A DNA stretch of 64,000 nt from Candidatus Falkowbacteria bacterium (GCA_016432645.1 CP066698.1:261062-325061), one strand, 5' to 3'; positions 18,821-29,463 are shown, numbered from the stretch's first letter. The notes: generated by a model from the sequence alone, not told the origin. Made by a program: numbers and translations.

Positions 18821-19927
18821 TTAATATCTAGTTTTTGATTTAATGATGATATTTTGCATGATACCGACAATTATCATTAAAGATAGGAGCGAACTCCCCC
18901 CATAGCTGATAAATGGCAGCGGCAAACCGACAACGGGCATAATGCCTAAGTTCATACCAATATTAATAAACATTTGGATAAAAATCAAGCCGCTGGCACC
19001 AATTAAAAAATAAATCCCGAAATCGTTGTTGATTTTCTTTAAAATTGAAAAACAGCGGAAAAAAAGGATAAAATAGAAAGATAAGACCAGACTAACACCT
19101 AAAAATCCTAATTCCTCGGAAATAACGGCAAAAATAAAATCATTCTGCGCCTCCGGCAAGAATTTAAGCTGCGACTGCGAACCAAAGCCGACGCCCTTGC
19201 CGGTGATGCCGCCGGAACCGATAGCAATTATCGCTTGCGAAATATTATAACCGGATTCTAAAGAATTGGCTGTCGGCGAGATAAAAGTCATAATGCGCTC
19301 CTTCTGATAATCTTTAAAAAAGAAAAACCAGGCCGAGCTGAATAAAATTATCGCCGCCAAGCCGATAGCCAAAAAATACTTGAGATTAAAATCAGCCGCC
19401 ATAATCAAAACTATCCAAATCGCGCTTAAGATTAAAGCGGAACCAAAATCCGGCTGCAACAGAACCAAGCCGACAAAAACTAAAGTGTAGCCGGCAGAAA
19501 TAAAAAAATTCTTGGTAGTTTTAACTTTGGTCGCCAAACTGGAAAAATAATTAGCCAAAAATAAAATTAAAATTATTTTAATAAACTCTACTGGCTGCAA
19601 ACTAAATCCTGCCACATTAAACCAGCCTTTCGTGCCTCTGATAGTATCCCCAAAAATTAATACCGCTAACAAAAAAATCACGCCGAAAAAAAATAGATAA
19701 CGGCTGATGCTTTTTAAAAAATAGTAATCAATAAAGGAAAAAGCAATCAATAAGACAAAGCCAAAAATTACAAAAAAGATTTGCTTATGAAAATTAAGCA
19801 AATCCAGGCTCTCCCGCCCCAAAGCGACACTATAAATTTCTACCAAGCCAAAACTAAGCAACAACAGGACGGCGGCCATGATAATCCAATCGAAGTTATA
19901 GAAATGGGACTTTAGGCGGTTAAACAT
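18821..19927 (-). CDS. FtsW/RodA/SpoVE family peptidoglycan glycosyltransferase (SEDS)
   Basis: 10 TM helices. Motifs LQPVEFIK, GSQSQLKFLPEAQNDFIFA, PLPFISYGGSS. Confidence 0.88.
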   Translation of the reverse strand: MFNRLKSHFYNFDWIIMAAVLLLLSFGLVEIYSVALGRESLDLLNFHKQIFFVIFGFVLLIAFSFIDYYFLKSISRYLFFFGVIFLLAVLIFGDTIRGTKGWFNVAGFSLQPVEFIKIILILFLANYFSSLATKVKTTKNFFISAGYTLVFVGLVLLQPDFGSALILSAIWIVLIMAADFNLKYFLAIGLAAIILFSSAWFFFFKDYQKERIMTFISPTANSLESGYNISQAIIAIGSGGITGKGVGFGSQSQLKFLPEAQNDFIFAVISEELGFLGVSLVLSFYFILFFRCFSILKKINNDFGIYFLIGASGLIFIQMFINIGMNLGIMPVVGLPLPFISYGGSSLLSLMIIVGIMQNIIIKSKTRY

Positions 19928-19928
19928 A

Positions 19929-20819
19929 TTAATTGCCGGAGCCCTGATACTTCAAAAAAATATCATTATCATTAATATTCAGGCGCGGACTAATTTCCAC
20001 GCGGCTAATCGATTCCGCCTCCCCCGCCCAGCTGAGTTTTATGTCCCGGCTTTCACCAGCTAAAAAATTATTGGCCACACTGCGCTCTACCCCCACTAAA
20101 CGTGAACCGGAATAAAATAAAATATCAAATGGCACTTCATAATAGCTGTAAGGACTATTATTGACCACATGGAAATCCAAGCTATTAAGCCTTAGATTCT
20201 CGGACAAACCGCTGCGGGAAGCGCTTAAAAAATTAATATCGGAAATTGTAAAATTAATACGGGCATTATAATAAACCTGCCAATCAGGAATAACCCGCTT
20301 ATTAACGCGGCTCCAAAAAATATCTTTTACCTGAAAAACCGGATTAACACTGGCGGCATTAATCTCTAATCCTAGAGCCATTACATATTTTTGTTCAGCC
20401 GGCAAAATAAAAGAATGCCCGCAGTAGATTTCGGCTTCGGCTTGAAAAAAACAATAATCAAACTCGGCCGAAAAACTGTCATTCGGATTTTTAAGCAACA
20501 CCGCCAAATCATAGCGGTTATTACTCTTAAAAACCTCCACCGGGGCGGCAGCCATTTCAGCAACAACATTGCGTGGCGAAGTAACTTGGGTTTCAGTTTG
20601 ATTATCAACCGCGCCGCTCAAAAAATACATAATATAGTTATATGTTGAATAAATAAAAAAGAAAGCGGAAATCACAATCAAAAAAACAGTCAGGGCTTTA
20701 GTCAGAGCCTTGCGATGTTCAGAAAACCAGAGGCCGATATTCATTTCGCTAATCGTCAGCCCGCCTAAATCATGGTATTTTTTTAGATTAATATCATCTT
20801 TATTTTTATCTTTTTCCAT
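19929..20819 (-). CDS. Hypothetical membrane-anchored protein (single TM, beta-rich ectodomain)
   Basis: Long ORF with a 1-nt gap to the SEDS gene. One TM (LTVFLIVISAFFFIY). No family recognised. Confidence 0.5.
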   Translation of the reverse strand: MEKDKNKDDINLKKYHDLGGLTISEMNIGLWFSEHRKALTKALTVFLIVISAFFFIYSTYNYIMYFLSGAVDNQTETQVTSPRNVVAEMAAAPVEVFKSNNRYDLAVLLKNPNDSFSAEFDYCFFQAEAEIYCGHSFILPAEQKYVMALGLEINAASVNPVFQVKDIFWSRVNKRVIPDWQVYYNARINFTISDINFLSASRSGLSENLRLNSLDFHVVNNSPYSYYEVPFDILFYSGSRLVGVERSVANNFLAGESRDIKLSWAGEAESISRVEISPRLNINDNDIFLKYQGSGN

Positions 20820-20912
20820 ACTTATGTTATAATATTTATGTAATCTAAACTCCTAAAATTAAGCTGATTGCTGTTTTAATAATAGCATATTAGCCATAAT
20901 TTATAAATATAT

Positions 20913-21866
20913 ATGAAAAAAATTTCCATTCCGCTGAGTGTTAAACCGGAAAAAAGAGCGGAATATTTAAAAAACCTGGCACTATTTACCAAAAATAGCG
21001 GCAATTTGTTTTTAATTGCCGGCGATCAGAAACTGGAGCATTTAAACGGCGATTTTTTTGGACCAGGTATCAGCCCGGAAGATAATGACCCAGAACATTT
21101 TTTCAAAATTGCGGCCGCCTCAAACGGTGGTGTTCTGGCCATGCATTTAGGACTGATTGCTCAATATGGCGCTAATTACCGCCAGTTGCCTTACATTATC
21201 AAATTGAACGGCAAGACTAATTTAGGACCGAATGAAGAAAAAGATTCCAGCCTGCCATTATGGAGCGTGGCGGAAATTGTTAATTTTAAGAAACAAAGCG
21301 GCTTAAAAATAGGCGGTGTCGGATACACGCTTTACTTAGGCGGAAAATATGAAGCGCAAATGCTCGCCCAAGCGGCTAAAATAATTTTTGAAGCTCACCA
21401 AGCCGGACTATTAGCAATTCTTTGGGTTTATCCCCGCGGCAAGAATGTCAAAGAAGAAGATATCCACACAATTGCCGGCGGCGCCGGCGTGGCCGCTTGT
21501 TTAGATGCTGATTTTGTTAAAATAAAATATCCCTACGGCGCTAAAGACAAAAAACTGGCCGCTCTTAAATTTCAAGAAGCCACAACCGCCGCTGGCCGGA
21601 CTAAAGTAATTTGCGTCGGCGGCAGCAAACAGCCGGCTAAAGAAATTTTAAACTTTTTAAAATTACAATTGGAAATCGGCAAAAGCTCCGGTCTAGCCAT
21701 CGGCCGCAATCTTCATCAGCGCCCGCTCGCCGAAGCTGCCCGTCTAGCACAAGCGATTAGCGCCTTGATTCTTAAAGGTGCAAGCTTAAAAGAAGCGGAA
21801 AATATTTATTTAGACAAAAAAACCAAAACCCCCAAAAGCAGCGGCAAGTTTCTCGGCTTATTCTAA
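20913..21866 (+). CDS. Class I fructose-bisphosphate aldolase, DhnA/FbaB (archaeal-type) family
   Basis: TIM-barrel aldolase pattern with Schiff-base Lys context DADFVKIKYP and a G-rich phosphate loop VCVGGS...GRN. Confidence 0.7.
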   Translation: MKKISIPLSVKPEKRAEYLKNLALFTKNSGNLFLIAGDQKLEHLNGDFFGPGISPEDNDPEHFFKIAAASNGGVLAMHLGLIAQYGANYRQLPYIIKLNGKTNLGPNEEKDSSLPLWSVAEIVNFKKQSGLKIGGVGYTLYLGGKYEAQMLAQAAKIIFEAHQAGLLAILWVYPRGKNVKEEDIHTIAGGAGVAACLDADFVKIKYPYGAKDKKLAALKFQEATTAAGRTKVICVGGSKQPAKEILNFLKLQLEIGKSSGLAIGRNLHQRPLAEAARLAQAISALILKGASLKEAENIYLDKKTKTPKSSGKFLGLF

Positions 21867-21892
21867 ATATTAAACTCATTTTAATCATCCAA

Positions 21893-21920
21893 AAAAAACG
21901 TCCCGAGAGGGACGTTTTTA
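21893..21920. terminator. Bidirectional terminator
   Basis: aaaacgtccc-gaga-gggacgtttt. Confidence 0.75.
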
Positions 21921-21939
21921 TTATGAAAATCAGATAATT

Positions 21940-23469
21940 TTAGTAGGCAATTTTTATTTCAATTCTATCTACTAGGTGAGGGGCTTTTTTGATAAAAGTC
22001 GGAAAAAACTTTAATTCATAATTTCCAATTTCCGGATAATCTCCGAGGTAAGTAGCAATTTGCGAGGCATTAAGATTAACTAATTTTTCCCGGTCAATGA
22101 TGTCGGCATTACTCTTAAGAATCATCAAGCCGGAAAAAGACGCTTTAACGGCGGCAGTTTTCGTATCAGGGTCGTAACTTTCTAAAGTATAAGACAAACT
22201 TTCTGCTTTAAATTCCGACAATTCCTTATCATCAGGAACCAATAAATTTAATTTAGCGGCCGCTAGCTTTTCTGCCTCTTGTTTAGGAAAGACGACAACG
22301 GCAACCTTAGCTTTGACAGTTAAAGTAAATTGGTCAACTTTATCGCCGGCCTGAGCATCAGTTTTAGCATCGGTGGAATCTAAAATTTCATATAAGACTA
22401 CGCTATCGGCCGGAAAACTTTGCCCCTCCTTAAGCTTTGCCATAATCAAGGCGTCAACATCGCGCAGGGCTAACTGTAAATCAGAGGCCTTCACATATTT
22501 TTCAGAACTGGTTTGATAAGAAAAAGGCTCGACGCTATCGGCATAAATTTTATCCTGCAAGCCGGCCCAAAGACCGGGAATTGTGAAATGAGCGGAATTA
22601 ATTGCCATCTCCGGCGAAACTTTATCGGCATAAACCTCGGCCTCAATCTTCCCTCCCGCCGGTATTGTCACTGCCGTTTTAAGCCTAAAGAGCTTATTGT
22701 CTCCAGATAGTAATCTAGTCGTCGCTACTAGCGGCTGGTCTTTAACATAGTTATTAACTAAAGTAACTCTACCGGTAACTTCCTGGCCGAGAGCGTCTTC
22801 ACCGCTCGCCGGATAAATCTTAGTAACTTCTACCGGATATTCATTAACTGCGCCATTAATTTTTTCTCGGGCATCATCCGTTGAGGTGGCTGAATTATCG
22901 CCGCCCACTCGTAAAAACAAGGTATCGCTGATAGTTTCTACTTGCGGAGTCACTAAAACTGTTAATTTAGAAAAAGAAAAATAAAAAACCAAAATCGCTA
23001 GAATACCGACCAATAATAGGAATTTTAAAGCTAAGCGGCTATACAGGCTGATTCTTTTTTTAGGTGCGGGTCGTTTTTTAATTTCTAAATCTTCCGGCGA
23101 ATTACCTCCCTGCTTAGTTTTAATTTCGGTTACTAATTCGGAAAAAAACTTCTTTTGTACATCAATAGCCGCATCCATTTCTTCTGCTTTTGGGGCAGGC
23201 AGGTCGTCGATATTTTTTTCCGGATCCGGCGCTTGGGGGATGAAGCTGCTTTTTGCTAAAGATTCGTCGGAAAAAAAATTAGCATCATCAAAGCCGTCAT
23301 CGTCATCTTCAATCACATCAATAATAACCGGTTTAGCCTTAGGCTTAGTAATTATTTTTTTAGCCGGCGCAACTTTAGGCGCGGCTGCAATCTTAGAGGC
23401 AGGCTTTTTAACCTTAGAAACTTTAGCCTTGGAAACCGCCTTTGGTTCGGTCTTTTTTAATCTAGGCAT
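21940..23469 (-). CDS. Hypothetical membrane-anchored protein with K/A/P-rich disordered N-terminus
   Basis: Start set at MPRLKKTEPK. Lys/Ala/Pro-rich ~110 aa, an acidic stretch, one TM (LKFLLLVGILAILVFYF), and a ~330-aa extracytoplasmic domain. No family recognised. Confidence 0.55.
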   Translation of the reverse strand: MPRLKKTEPKAVSKAKVSKVKKPASKIAAAPKVAPAKKIITKPKAKPVIIDVIEDDDDGFDDANFFSDESLAKSSFIPQAPDPEKNIDDLPAPKAEEMDAAIDVQKKFFSELVTEIKTKQGGNSPEDLEIKKRPAPKKRISLYSRLALKFLLLVGILAILVFYFSFSKLTVLVTPQVETISDTLFLRVGGDNSATSTDDAREKINGAVNEYPVEVTKIYPASGEDALGQEVTGRVTLVNNYVKDQPLVATTRLLSGDNKLFRLKTAVTIPAGGKIEAEVYADKVSPEMAINSAHFTIPGLWAGLQDKIYADSVEPFSYQTSSEKYVKASDLQLALRDVDALIMAKLKEGQSFPADSVVLYEILDSTDAKTDAQAGDKVDQFTLTVKAKVAVVVFPKQEAEKLAAAKLNLLVPDDKELSEFKAESLSYTLESYDPDTKTAAVKASFSGLMILKSNADIIDREKLVNLNASQIATYLGDYPEIGNYELKFFPTFIKKAPHLVDRIEIKIAY

Positions 23470-23568
23470 ACTTAAAAAGAAAGAAATTAAAAATTTATCA
23501 CAAAATAAAATTGACTTTAAAGAAGTCAATCTTATTATAGCAAAAAATGAAAATCTAAACAATAAAAA

Positions 23569-26500
23569 TTAAACGGAAATTTTAAATACAGTGGCTAATT
23601 TCTTTTCCAATTCCTGCCTAAGAGCCTCGTTATTGGCAATCCGAAAAGCAGTTTTAATAACTTTAAATTTTTCCGCTTCAATTGCTCTAAAATAAACTTC
23701 ATCTTCTCCGGGATAAGCGGCAAAAATTTGTTTTAAAATATTCAAATCCTCTAAAGACGGAGGACGGGAAATAATTAACCGCAAAGCGCTGGCCGAAGCC
23801 GGTGAAAATGCCGGCTTCTCAGTTTCTGCCTTAACCTTAACTGGCGTTTTGGCGGAAGACGGAGCCGCTGCCTGCCCGGCATAAGGACTCTTGTACCCTG
23901 GATTGCCGCTGGCCCCGCCAGTATTGCCATGGCGATAGCGATTACCAAGGGGCGCCGGCGATTCCATCATTAACCGCTTAAAATCATCAATTGATTTCTG
24001 CGGCGCATTCATATCTAAGGCTCTAGCCCGATTGGCTAAAATTTTTAAATCGCTGTCTTTCTCCGAAGCCTTGCCGTCGATAATAATTGTTCTACCCTCC
24101 TCCCATAATTCAACAGTTTCTTTATAAAGGCGGGGGAAAACTAAAAGCTCGGTTGAAGAAGTGGCGTCTTCGATCTTAACAAAAATCATAGACTCGCCTT
24201 TGCGCGTAATTATCTTTTTAATGGAAGCAATGACGCCGGCGGTAATTATTCGATCGTCATTTTTGTGTCCGGCCAAACTGACAATCGGCAAGGCGTAACC
24301 GGCCAGATAAGGTTTAAAGAAATTAAAAGGGTGCTCGCTTACATAGAGACCGAGCAACTCTTTTTCCCAAATCAATTTTTCATTTTGGGCGGCCGGCGCT
24401 GAATCAATCAAACGAGGCCGGCTTTTAGATTCCTCCGGCAATTCTCCGAATAAGCTATCCTGGCGGCTGTCCTTATTTTTTGTTTCCTCTTTATTAAAAC
24501 TCAAAAATTTTTCTAGATTCGCTAATAAAAATCCGCGTTCGCCAAAACCCTCCATGGCGCCGCTTTTAATTAAACTTTCTAAAGATTTTTTATTTAAATC
24601 TTTGTCGGTAACCCTTTCCAATAAATCAAAGATGTCGTGATAAGCGCCGTTTTCTTTGCGTTCCTTGATTAAAGTGTCCACGATATGTTCGCCGACATTT
24701 TTTATGGCCTTTAAACCAAAGCGGATCGTATCAACTTTTTCGTTAGCATCCACAATTTTATTTTCCTTAGTACCGGCGGTCACCACTGTAAAAGTCCCGA
24801 AAGATTCGTTAACGTCCGGCGCCATAATTTTAATGCCCATATTGCGGCATTCCTCAATTTCAATCGCCACCCGGTCGCTGTCCCCCTGATCGGAAGTTAA
24901 AAGCGCCGCCATAAATTCTACCGGCCAATGAGCCTTTAAATAAGCAGTTTGATAACCAATCATGGCGTAACAGGCGGCGTGGCTGCGATTAAAACCATAA
25001 CCAGCAAACGGCTCAATAAAAGAAAAAACTTTCTCCGCTAATTCTTTATAAACGCCATTCTTCACACAGCCTTCCACAAACTTTTCTTTCTGTTCTGCTA
25101 GCAGCGAAGCAATTTTTTTACCCATCGCCTTTCTTAAGACATCAGCTTGGCCCATAGTAAAGCCGGCCAGGTCGCGGGCAATCTGCATAACTTGTTCCTG
25201 ATAAATTGCCACGCCGTAAGTATTTTCTAAAATACCTTCCAGCTTCGGATGGAGATAGGAGACCTTCTTAGTCTGATGTTTGCCGGCGATATAATCAGGA
25301 ATCCATTCCATAGGCCCCGGGCGATATAAGGCGACCATCGCAATAATATCTTCAAAGACGGTAGGTTTTAACTCGCGCAAATAACGCTTCATGCCCGATG
25401 ATTCAAATTGAAAAACGCCGGTAGTTTCTCCGCCTTGAAAAAGTTTGTAAGTATCGAAGTCATCAAGCGGAATTTGATCAATATCAATCTCCAAACCTCT
25501 AGTATTTTTAATAATCTTAAGGGCTGATTCAATAATTGTTAGGTTTTTCAAGCCTAAAAAGTCCATTTTGAGCAGTCCCAAATCTTCTACTGGATGCAAG
25601 GAATATTGTGAGATAATGCTTTCATCAGCCGAAGACGCCTTTTGAATCGGCACATATTCAGTTAACGGCTCTTTGGTAATTAACACCCCGCAAGCATGAG
25701 TAGAAGCATGGCGCGCCACCCCTTCCAATCTTTTAGCATAATCTAAAATCCTTTTGGCGGCCGGTTCGTTCGCATACATTTCCTTAAGCTCCGGCACTGT
25801 CTTTAAAGCTTCATCCAATTTGGTAAACATCGGGATGCTCTTGGAAATTTTGTCGCAATATTCATAAGGTTCGTCTAAAACACGCCCGACGTCGCGCACA
25901 GCCGCACGCGCTGCCATCGTTCCAAAAGTAATTATTTGCGCGACATGATCATGGCCATATTTTTCCCCGACATAATTTAAAACTTCACTCCGGCGAGTAT
26001 CGGCAAAATCCATATCAATATCAGGCATTGATATTCTCTCCGGATTTAAAAAGCGCTCAAAAAGTAAATTATATTTTAGAGGGTCAAGATTAGTAATCCC
26101 TGTCAAATAACAAACCAGAGAACCGGCGGCACTGCCTCTTCCCGGTCCAACCACAATCTTATTATCTTTGGCCCAGTTGATAAAATCAGCGACAATCAAG
26201 AAATAAGAGGGCCAGCCCATCTTAGCGATTACGGACAATTCATAATCCAAGCGTTCACGCACTGGAAGCAAGTCATGGGCTTTCGCGTCGGGATAGCGTT
26301 TAAGGATTCCTTCTTCGCACCATTTTTTTAAATAAGTATTGCCGTCATATCCGCTCGGAACTTCAAAATGCGGCAATTGGATATTACCCAGTTCAATTTC
26401 CACATTGCACATCTCGGCAATTTTCAAAGTATTGGCAATCGCCTCCGGCGTATCTTTAAAAGCGGCAATCATTTCAGCGTTAGAACGCATAGAATAGTCT

Positions 26501-27225
26501 CCATAACCAATCATTTTCATTCTATCGGTGTCGGAAATTTTCTTTTTATTTTGCAGGCATAACAAAATATCCTGAGCCTCGGCATCTTCCTTTTTGAAAT
26601 AATGGACATCGTTAGTGGCAATCACTGGGACGCCGAGCTTTTTAGAAAATTTAAGTAATTCTTCATTGACCCGAGCCAACTCTGGAATTTCCGGGTGATC
26701 CATTAACTCCAAATAAAAATTATCCTGCCCGAATAAACTATTATATTCTTTAATGCGCTTTTCCGCTTCCGTTAAATTATCGTTCAAAATTAAGCGCGGG
26801 ATTTCTCCGGCTAAACAGGCCGTAGAAGCAATCAATCCCTCATGGCACTCGGACAAAAGCTCCCAATCAATGCGCGGTTTATAATAAAAACCTTCAATAT
26901 GGGCCCGGGAGACCAGTTTAATTAAATTTTTATAGCCCTCGTTATTTTTAGCCAGTAGCAGCAAATGGAAACGCTTGGCATCATCTTTGGTATTTTTGTC
27001 AAAACGCGAACCAGGGCTTAAATAACATTCTACCCCAATAATCGGCTTCACGCCGGCTTTTTTAGCCTTTTGATAAAACTCAATCACGCCATACATCGTC
27101 CCGTGGTCGGTAATCGCGACTGCCGGCGAACCCTGTTCTTTGGCATAGTTAACCATCTCGTCAATCTTGGTTAGACCGTCGAGCAAAGAATAATGAGTAT
27201 GGTTGTGGAGGTGGACAAAAGACAT
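23569..27225 (-). CDS. dnaE: DNA polymerase III alpha subunit
   Basis: PHP domain (FVHLHNHTHYSLLDG), palm/fingers (PDIDMDF, GLLKMDFLGL), OB fold. 1218 aa, with a G/A/P-rich linker and a small extra C-terminal domain. Confidence 0.97.
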   Translation of the reverse strand: MSFVHLHNHTHYSLLDGLTKIDEMVNYAKEQGSPAVAITDHGTMYGVIEFYQKAKKAGVKPIIGVECYLSPGSRFDKNTKDDAKRFHLLLLAKNNEGYKNLIKLVSRAHIEGFYYKPRIDWELLSECHEGLIASTACLAGEIPRLILNDNLTEAEKRIKEYNSLFGQDNFYLELMDHPEIPELARVNEELLKFSKKLGVPVIATNDVHYFKKEDAEAQDILLCLQNKKKISDTDRMKMIGYGDYSMRSNAEMIAAFKDTPEAIANTLKIAEMCNVEIELGNIQLPHFEVPSGYDGNTYLKKWCEEGILKRYPDAKAHDLLPVRERLDYELSVIAKMGWPSYFLIVADFINWAKDNKIVVGPGRGSAAGSLVCYLTGITNLDPLKYNLLFERFLNPERISMPDIDMDFADTRRSEVLNYVGEKYGHDHVAQIITFGTMAARAAVRDVGRVLDEPYEYCDKISKSIPMFTKLDEALKTVPELKEMYANEPAAKRILDYAKRLEGVARHASTHACGVLITKEPLTEYVPIQKASSADESIISQYSLHPVEDLGLLKMDFLGLKNLTIIESALKIIKNTRGLEIDIDQIPLDDFDTYKLFQGGETTGVFQFESSGMKRYLRELKPTVFEDIIAMVALYRPGPMEWIPDYIAGKHQTKKVSYLHPKLEGILENTYGVAIYQEQVMQIARDLAGFTMGQADVLRKAMGKKIASLLAEQKEKFVEGCVKNGVYKELAEKVFSFIEPFAGYGFNRSHAACYAMIGYQTAYLKAHWPVEFMAALLTSDQGDSDRVAIEIEECRNMGIKIMAPDVNESFGTFTVVTAGTKENKIVDANEKVDTIRFGLKAIKNVGEHIVDTLIKERKENGAYHDIFDLLERVTDKDLNKKSLESLIKSGAMEGFGERGFLLANLEKFLSFNKEETKNKDSRQDSLFGELPEESKSRPRLIDSAPAAQNEKLIWEKELLGLYVSEHPFNFFKPYLAGYALPIVSLAGHKNDDRIITAGVIASIKKIITRKGESMIFVKIEDATSSTELLVFPRLYKETVELWEEGRTIIIDGKASEKDSDLKILANRARALDMNAPQKSIDDFKRLMMESPAPLGNRYRHGNTGGASGNPGYKSPYAGQAAAPSSAKTPVKVKAETEKPAFSPASASALRLIISRPPSLEDLNILKQIFAAYPGEDEVYFRAIEAEKFKVIKTAFRIANNEALRQELEKKLATVFKISV

Positions 27226-27324
27226 TTATTTTTAGTTTAACTTCTTTTTATTTTAATATAGCTCAAGGATATTAGCAAATAAAAAAGGAACTTGAATAAG
27301 TCCCTAATTTTTAAGGTGGTAACA

Positions 27325-27507
27325 TCAGCATTTGGGCATAAAAGCCGAAGAAATGGCCAATAAACTTAAGGCACCAATGCCGATGCCACAAAATACATCT
27401 TTCCAAAAACTGCCAGTATCGGCGACTATAGGCATAATTAAGGCTATAATAATCGAAGCAATAAGTACTCCGATAAACTTCTTATCTTCCCATAACTTTT
27501 TTTCCAT
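27325..27507 (-). CDS. Possible small two-TM membrane protein (60 aa)
   Basis: Two hydrophobic helices, followed by a minus-strand terminator (GGGACTT-ATTC-AAGTTCC-TTTTTT at about 27283-27310). No SD and no homology recognised. Confidence 0.35.
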   Translation of the reverse strand: MEKKLWEDKKFIGVLIASIIIALIMPIVADTGSFWKDVFCGIGIGALSLLAISSAFMPKC

Positions 27508-27559
27508 CGTATATAGTTTTGATTAATATTAAAAGAACAAATTAATATTAAACTATACA

Positions 27560-28447
27560 CTATTTTCTTATTTTTGTCAATATTTGTCCCAATTCCTCAT
27601 CGCTATAAAAATCAATAATAATCTTCCCTCCCCGCCCTTGTCGTTTTATTTCTACCTTAGTACTTAATTCTTCGCTCAGCTCATCCTCTTTAGCTTGGTC
27701 AAAATAATCTTTATTTTTTGCAGCCTTAGTCCCGCCTAGGCGCTTGATTTCCTTATCAGTCTGGGCAACCGTTAAATCATGGCGCAAAATTTTCTTGAGC
27801 ATCACCAGCTGCTTATCATCGCCATCAATCCCCAATAAATATTTGGCATGGGCTTCGCTAATTTTTCCGGCGTCCAGCGCATTTTGAATTTCCGGAGGCA
27901 AAGACAAAAGACGTAAAGCATTGGCGACACTGGAACGCGCTTTGCCGACTTTCTTGGCCGCCTCTTCCTGGGTGATATTAAATTCATCAATTAAACGTTT
28001 ATAGGCGCGAGCGGTTTCTAAAGGATTCAAATTCTCACGCTGTAAATTTTCGATCAAAGCGACTTCCAATTTTTTCTGCTCATTCTCTTCGCGGATAATA
28101 ACCGGAACCGTTTTCAAGCCGACAAGCTTGGCGCTGCGCAGGCGTCTTTCACCGGCGATAAGTTCAAAACGATCGCCTTTTTTGGTAGCAATTAACGGCG
28201 AGATAATTCCGTGCTCTTTAATTGATTCTGCTAAATCATTCAAAGCGCCATCAGCAAAATTAGTCCGCGGCTGCTGCGGATTAATATCAATTTTATCAGG
28301 ACTAATTTTTAAAATACGTTCGTTATCATGCAAAACAACCGTATCTTCGGTTAACCCGTGATTTTCAGCTTGAAAAGGATTTTGACCATAAGTCATGGTT
28401 TTTTTAGGGATAAGCGAACCAAGTCCGCGTCCTAGTCCTTGCGCCAT
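27560..28447 (-). CDS. parB: Chromosome partitioning protein ParB/Spo0J
   Basis: ParB box GERRLRSAKLVG, plus an HTH (TQEEAAKKVGKARSSVANALRLL). Confidence 0.93.
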   Translation of the reverse strand: MAQGLGRGLGSLIPKKTMTYGQNPFQAENHGLTEDTVVLHDNERILKISPDKIDINPQQPRTNFADGALNDLAESIKEHGIISPLIATKKGDRFELIAGERRLRSAKLVGLKTVPVIIREENEQKKLEVALIENLQRENLNPLETARAYKRLIDEFNITQEEAAKKVGKARSSVANALRLLSLPPEIQNALDAGKISEAHAKYLLGIDGDDKQLVMLKKILRHDLTVAQTDKEIKRLGGTKAAKNKDYFDQAKEDELSEELSTKVEIKRQGRGGKIIIDFYSDEELGQILTKIRK

Positions 28448-28465
28448 ATAAAATATAATTAACTT

Positions 28466-29230
28466 TTATTTATCAAAACTTAAAATTTCCCGCGCTAAAT
28501 TTTCATAAGCCTTGCCGCCTTTCGATTTCGGGTCATAATGTAAAATGGAGCGGCCATAACTCGGGGCCTCCGCCAAACGAACCGTTCTGGGAATAATCGA
28601 ACGAAAAATACGATTCGGAAAATATTTATATAATTCTTCCATAACCGATTCCGATAATTTATTGCGCCGATCAAACATAGTAATCACCGCGCCCATAATT
28701 CCCAATTCCGGCTTTAAATTATTTTGCACTAAATTAATAGTTTCTAATAGTTGGCTTAAACCTTCCAGCGCAAAATATTCGCTCTGAATCGGAATTAAAA
28801 CTTCATCCGCGGCCACCAAGCTATTTATTGTCAGCAATCCTAAAGAAGGCGGACCGTCAATAATAATATAATCAAAATCTTTTTTAGCCTCTTCAATAAT
28901 ATTGGCCATTCGGAATTCACGGTTATCCATATTAACCAACTCAATTCCGGCTCCGGCTAACGCTAAAGTTGCCGGCGCAATTTTGAAGCCAGATTGCATC
29001 GTCCGCTTAATAATCTGATGAAAAGGTTTTTCGCCGATTAAGGCCTCATAAATTCCAAATTCCAAATTACGATGGTCTATACCTAAACCGGAGGTCGCGT
29101 TCGCTTGCGGGTCAACATCAATAAGCAGCACCTGTTTGCCTAGGTGCGCCAAATAAGCGGCCAAATTGACCGCTGTAGTCGTTTTTCCTACCCCACCCTT
29201 TTGATTTACAACCGCAATAACTTTACCCAT
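28466..29230 (-). CDS. parA: Chromosome partitioning ATPase ParA/Soj
   Basis: Deviant Walker A NQKGGVGKTT, and DCPPSLG-like IIDGPPSLG. Confidence 0.93.
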   Translation of the reverse strand: MGKVIAVVNQKGGVGKTTTAVNLAAYLAHLGKQVLLIDVDPQANATSGLGIDHRNLEFGIYEALIGEKPFHQIIKRTMQSGFKIAPATLALAGAGIELVNMDNREFRMANIIEEAKKDFDYIIIDGPPSLGLLTINSLVAADEVLIPIQSEYFALEGLSQLLETINLVQNNLKPELGIMGAVITMFDRRNKLSESVMEELYKYFPNRIFRSIIPRTVRLAEAPSYGRSILHYDPKSKGGKAYENLAREILSFDK

Positions 29231-29279
29231 AATTATTGGTAATATTTGTATAAGATTATTATATATTAAAGCTTTCCTT

Positions 29280-29308
29280 TTGACAATTGGAAATTAATTT
29301 ATTATACT
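29280..29308 (+). promoter_or_regulatory. Promoter TTGACA-N17-TATACT for tRNA-Leu
   Basis: Consensus -35 at 29280-29285, exact 17-nt spacer, -10 at 29303-29308, about 18 nt before the tRNA 5' end. Confidence 0.7.
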
Positions 29309-29326
29309 AAACTTCGTGAATAATAA

Positions 29327-29410
29327 GCCGCGGTGGCGGAATTGGTAGACGCGCACGACTCAAACTCGTGTGGGGGAAACTTCATGAGGGTTCGATTCCC
29401 TCTCGCGGCA
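29327..29410 (+). tRNA. tRNA-Leu (anticodon CAA), type II with long variable arm
   Basis: Acceptor GCCGCGG/UCGCGGC, 3-bp D stem, anticodon stem CACGA/UCGUG with loop CUCAAAC, long V arm, T arm GAGGG-UUCGAUU-CCCUC, discriminator A. No encoded CCA. Confidence 0.92.
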
Positions 29411-29413
29411 CAG

Positions 29414-29440
29414 AAAAAGACCATTAATATGGTCTTTTTT
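29414..29440. terminator. Intrinsic terminator after tRNA-Leu
   Basis: aaaaagaccat-taat-atggtcttttt. Confidence 0.8.
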
Positions 29441-29463
29441 ATTAACCTAAACATTATATATAA

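Noticed and set aside
27226-29326. Possible replication origin near dnaE, parB and parA.
   Set aside because: I found no cluster of DnaA-box-like 9-mers (TTATCCACA or its complement) in these intergenic regions. The only close match I noticed (ATATCCACA, about 21471) is isolated inside the aldolase gene, and dnaA/dnaN are not in the window.
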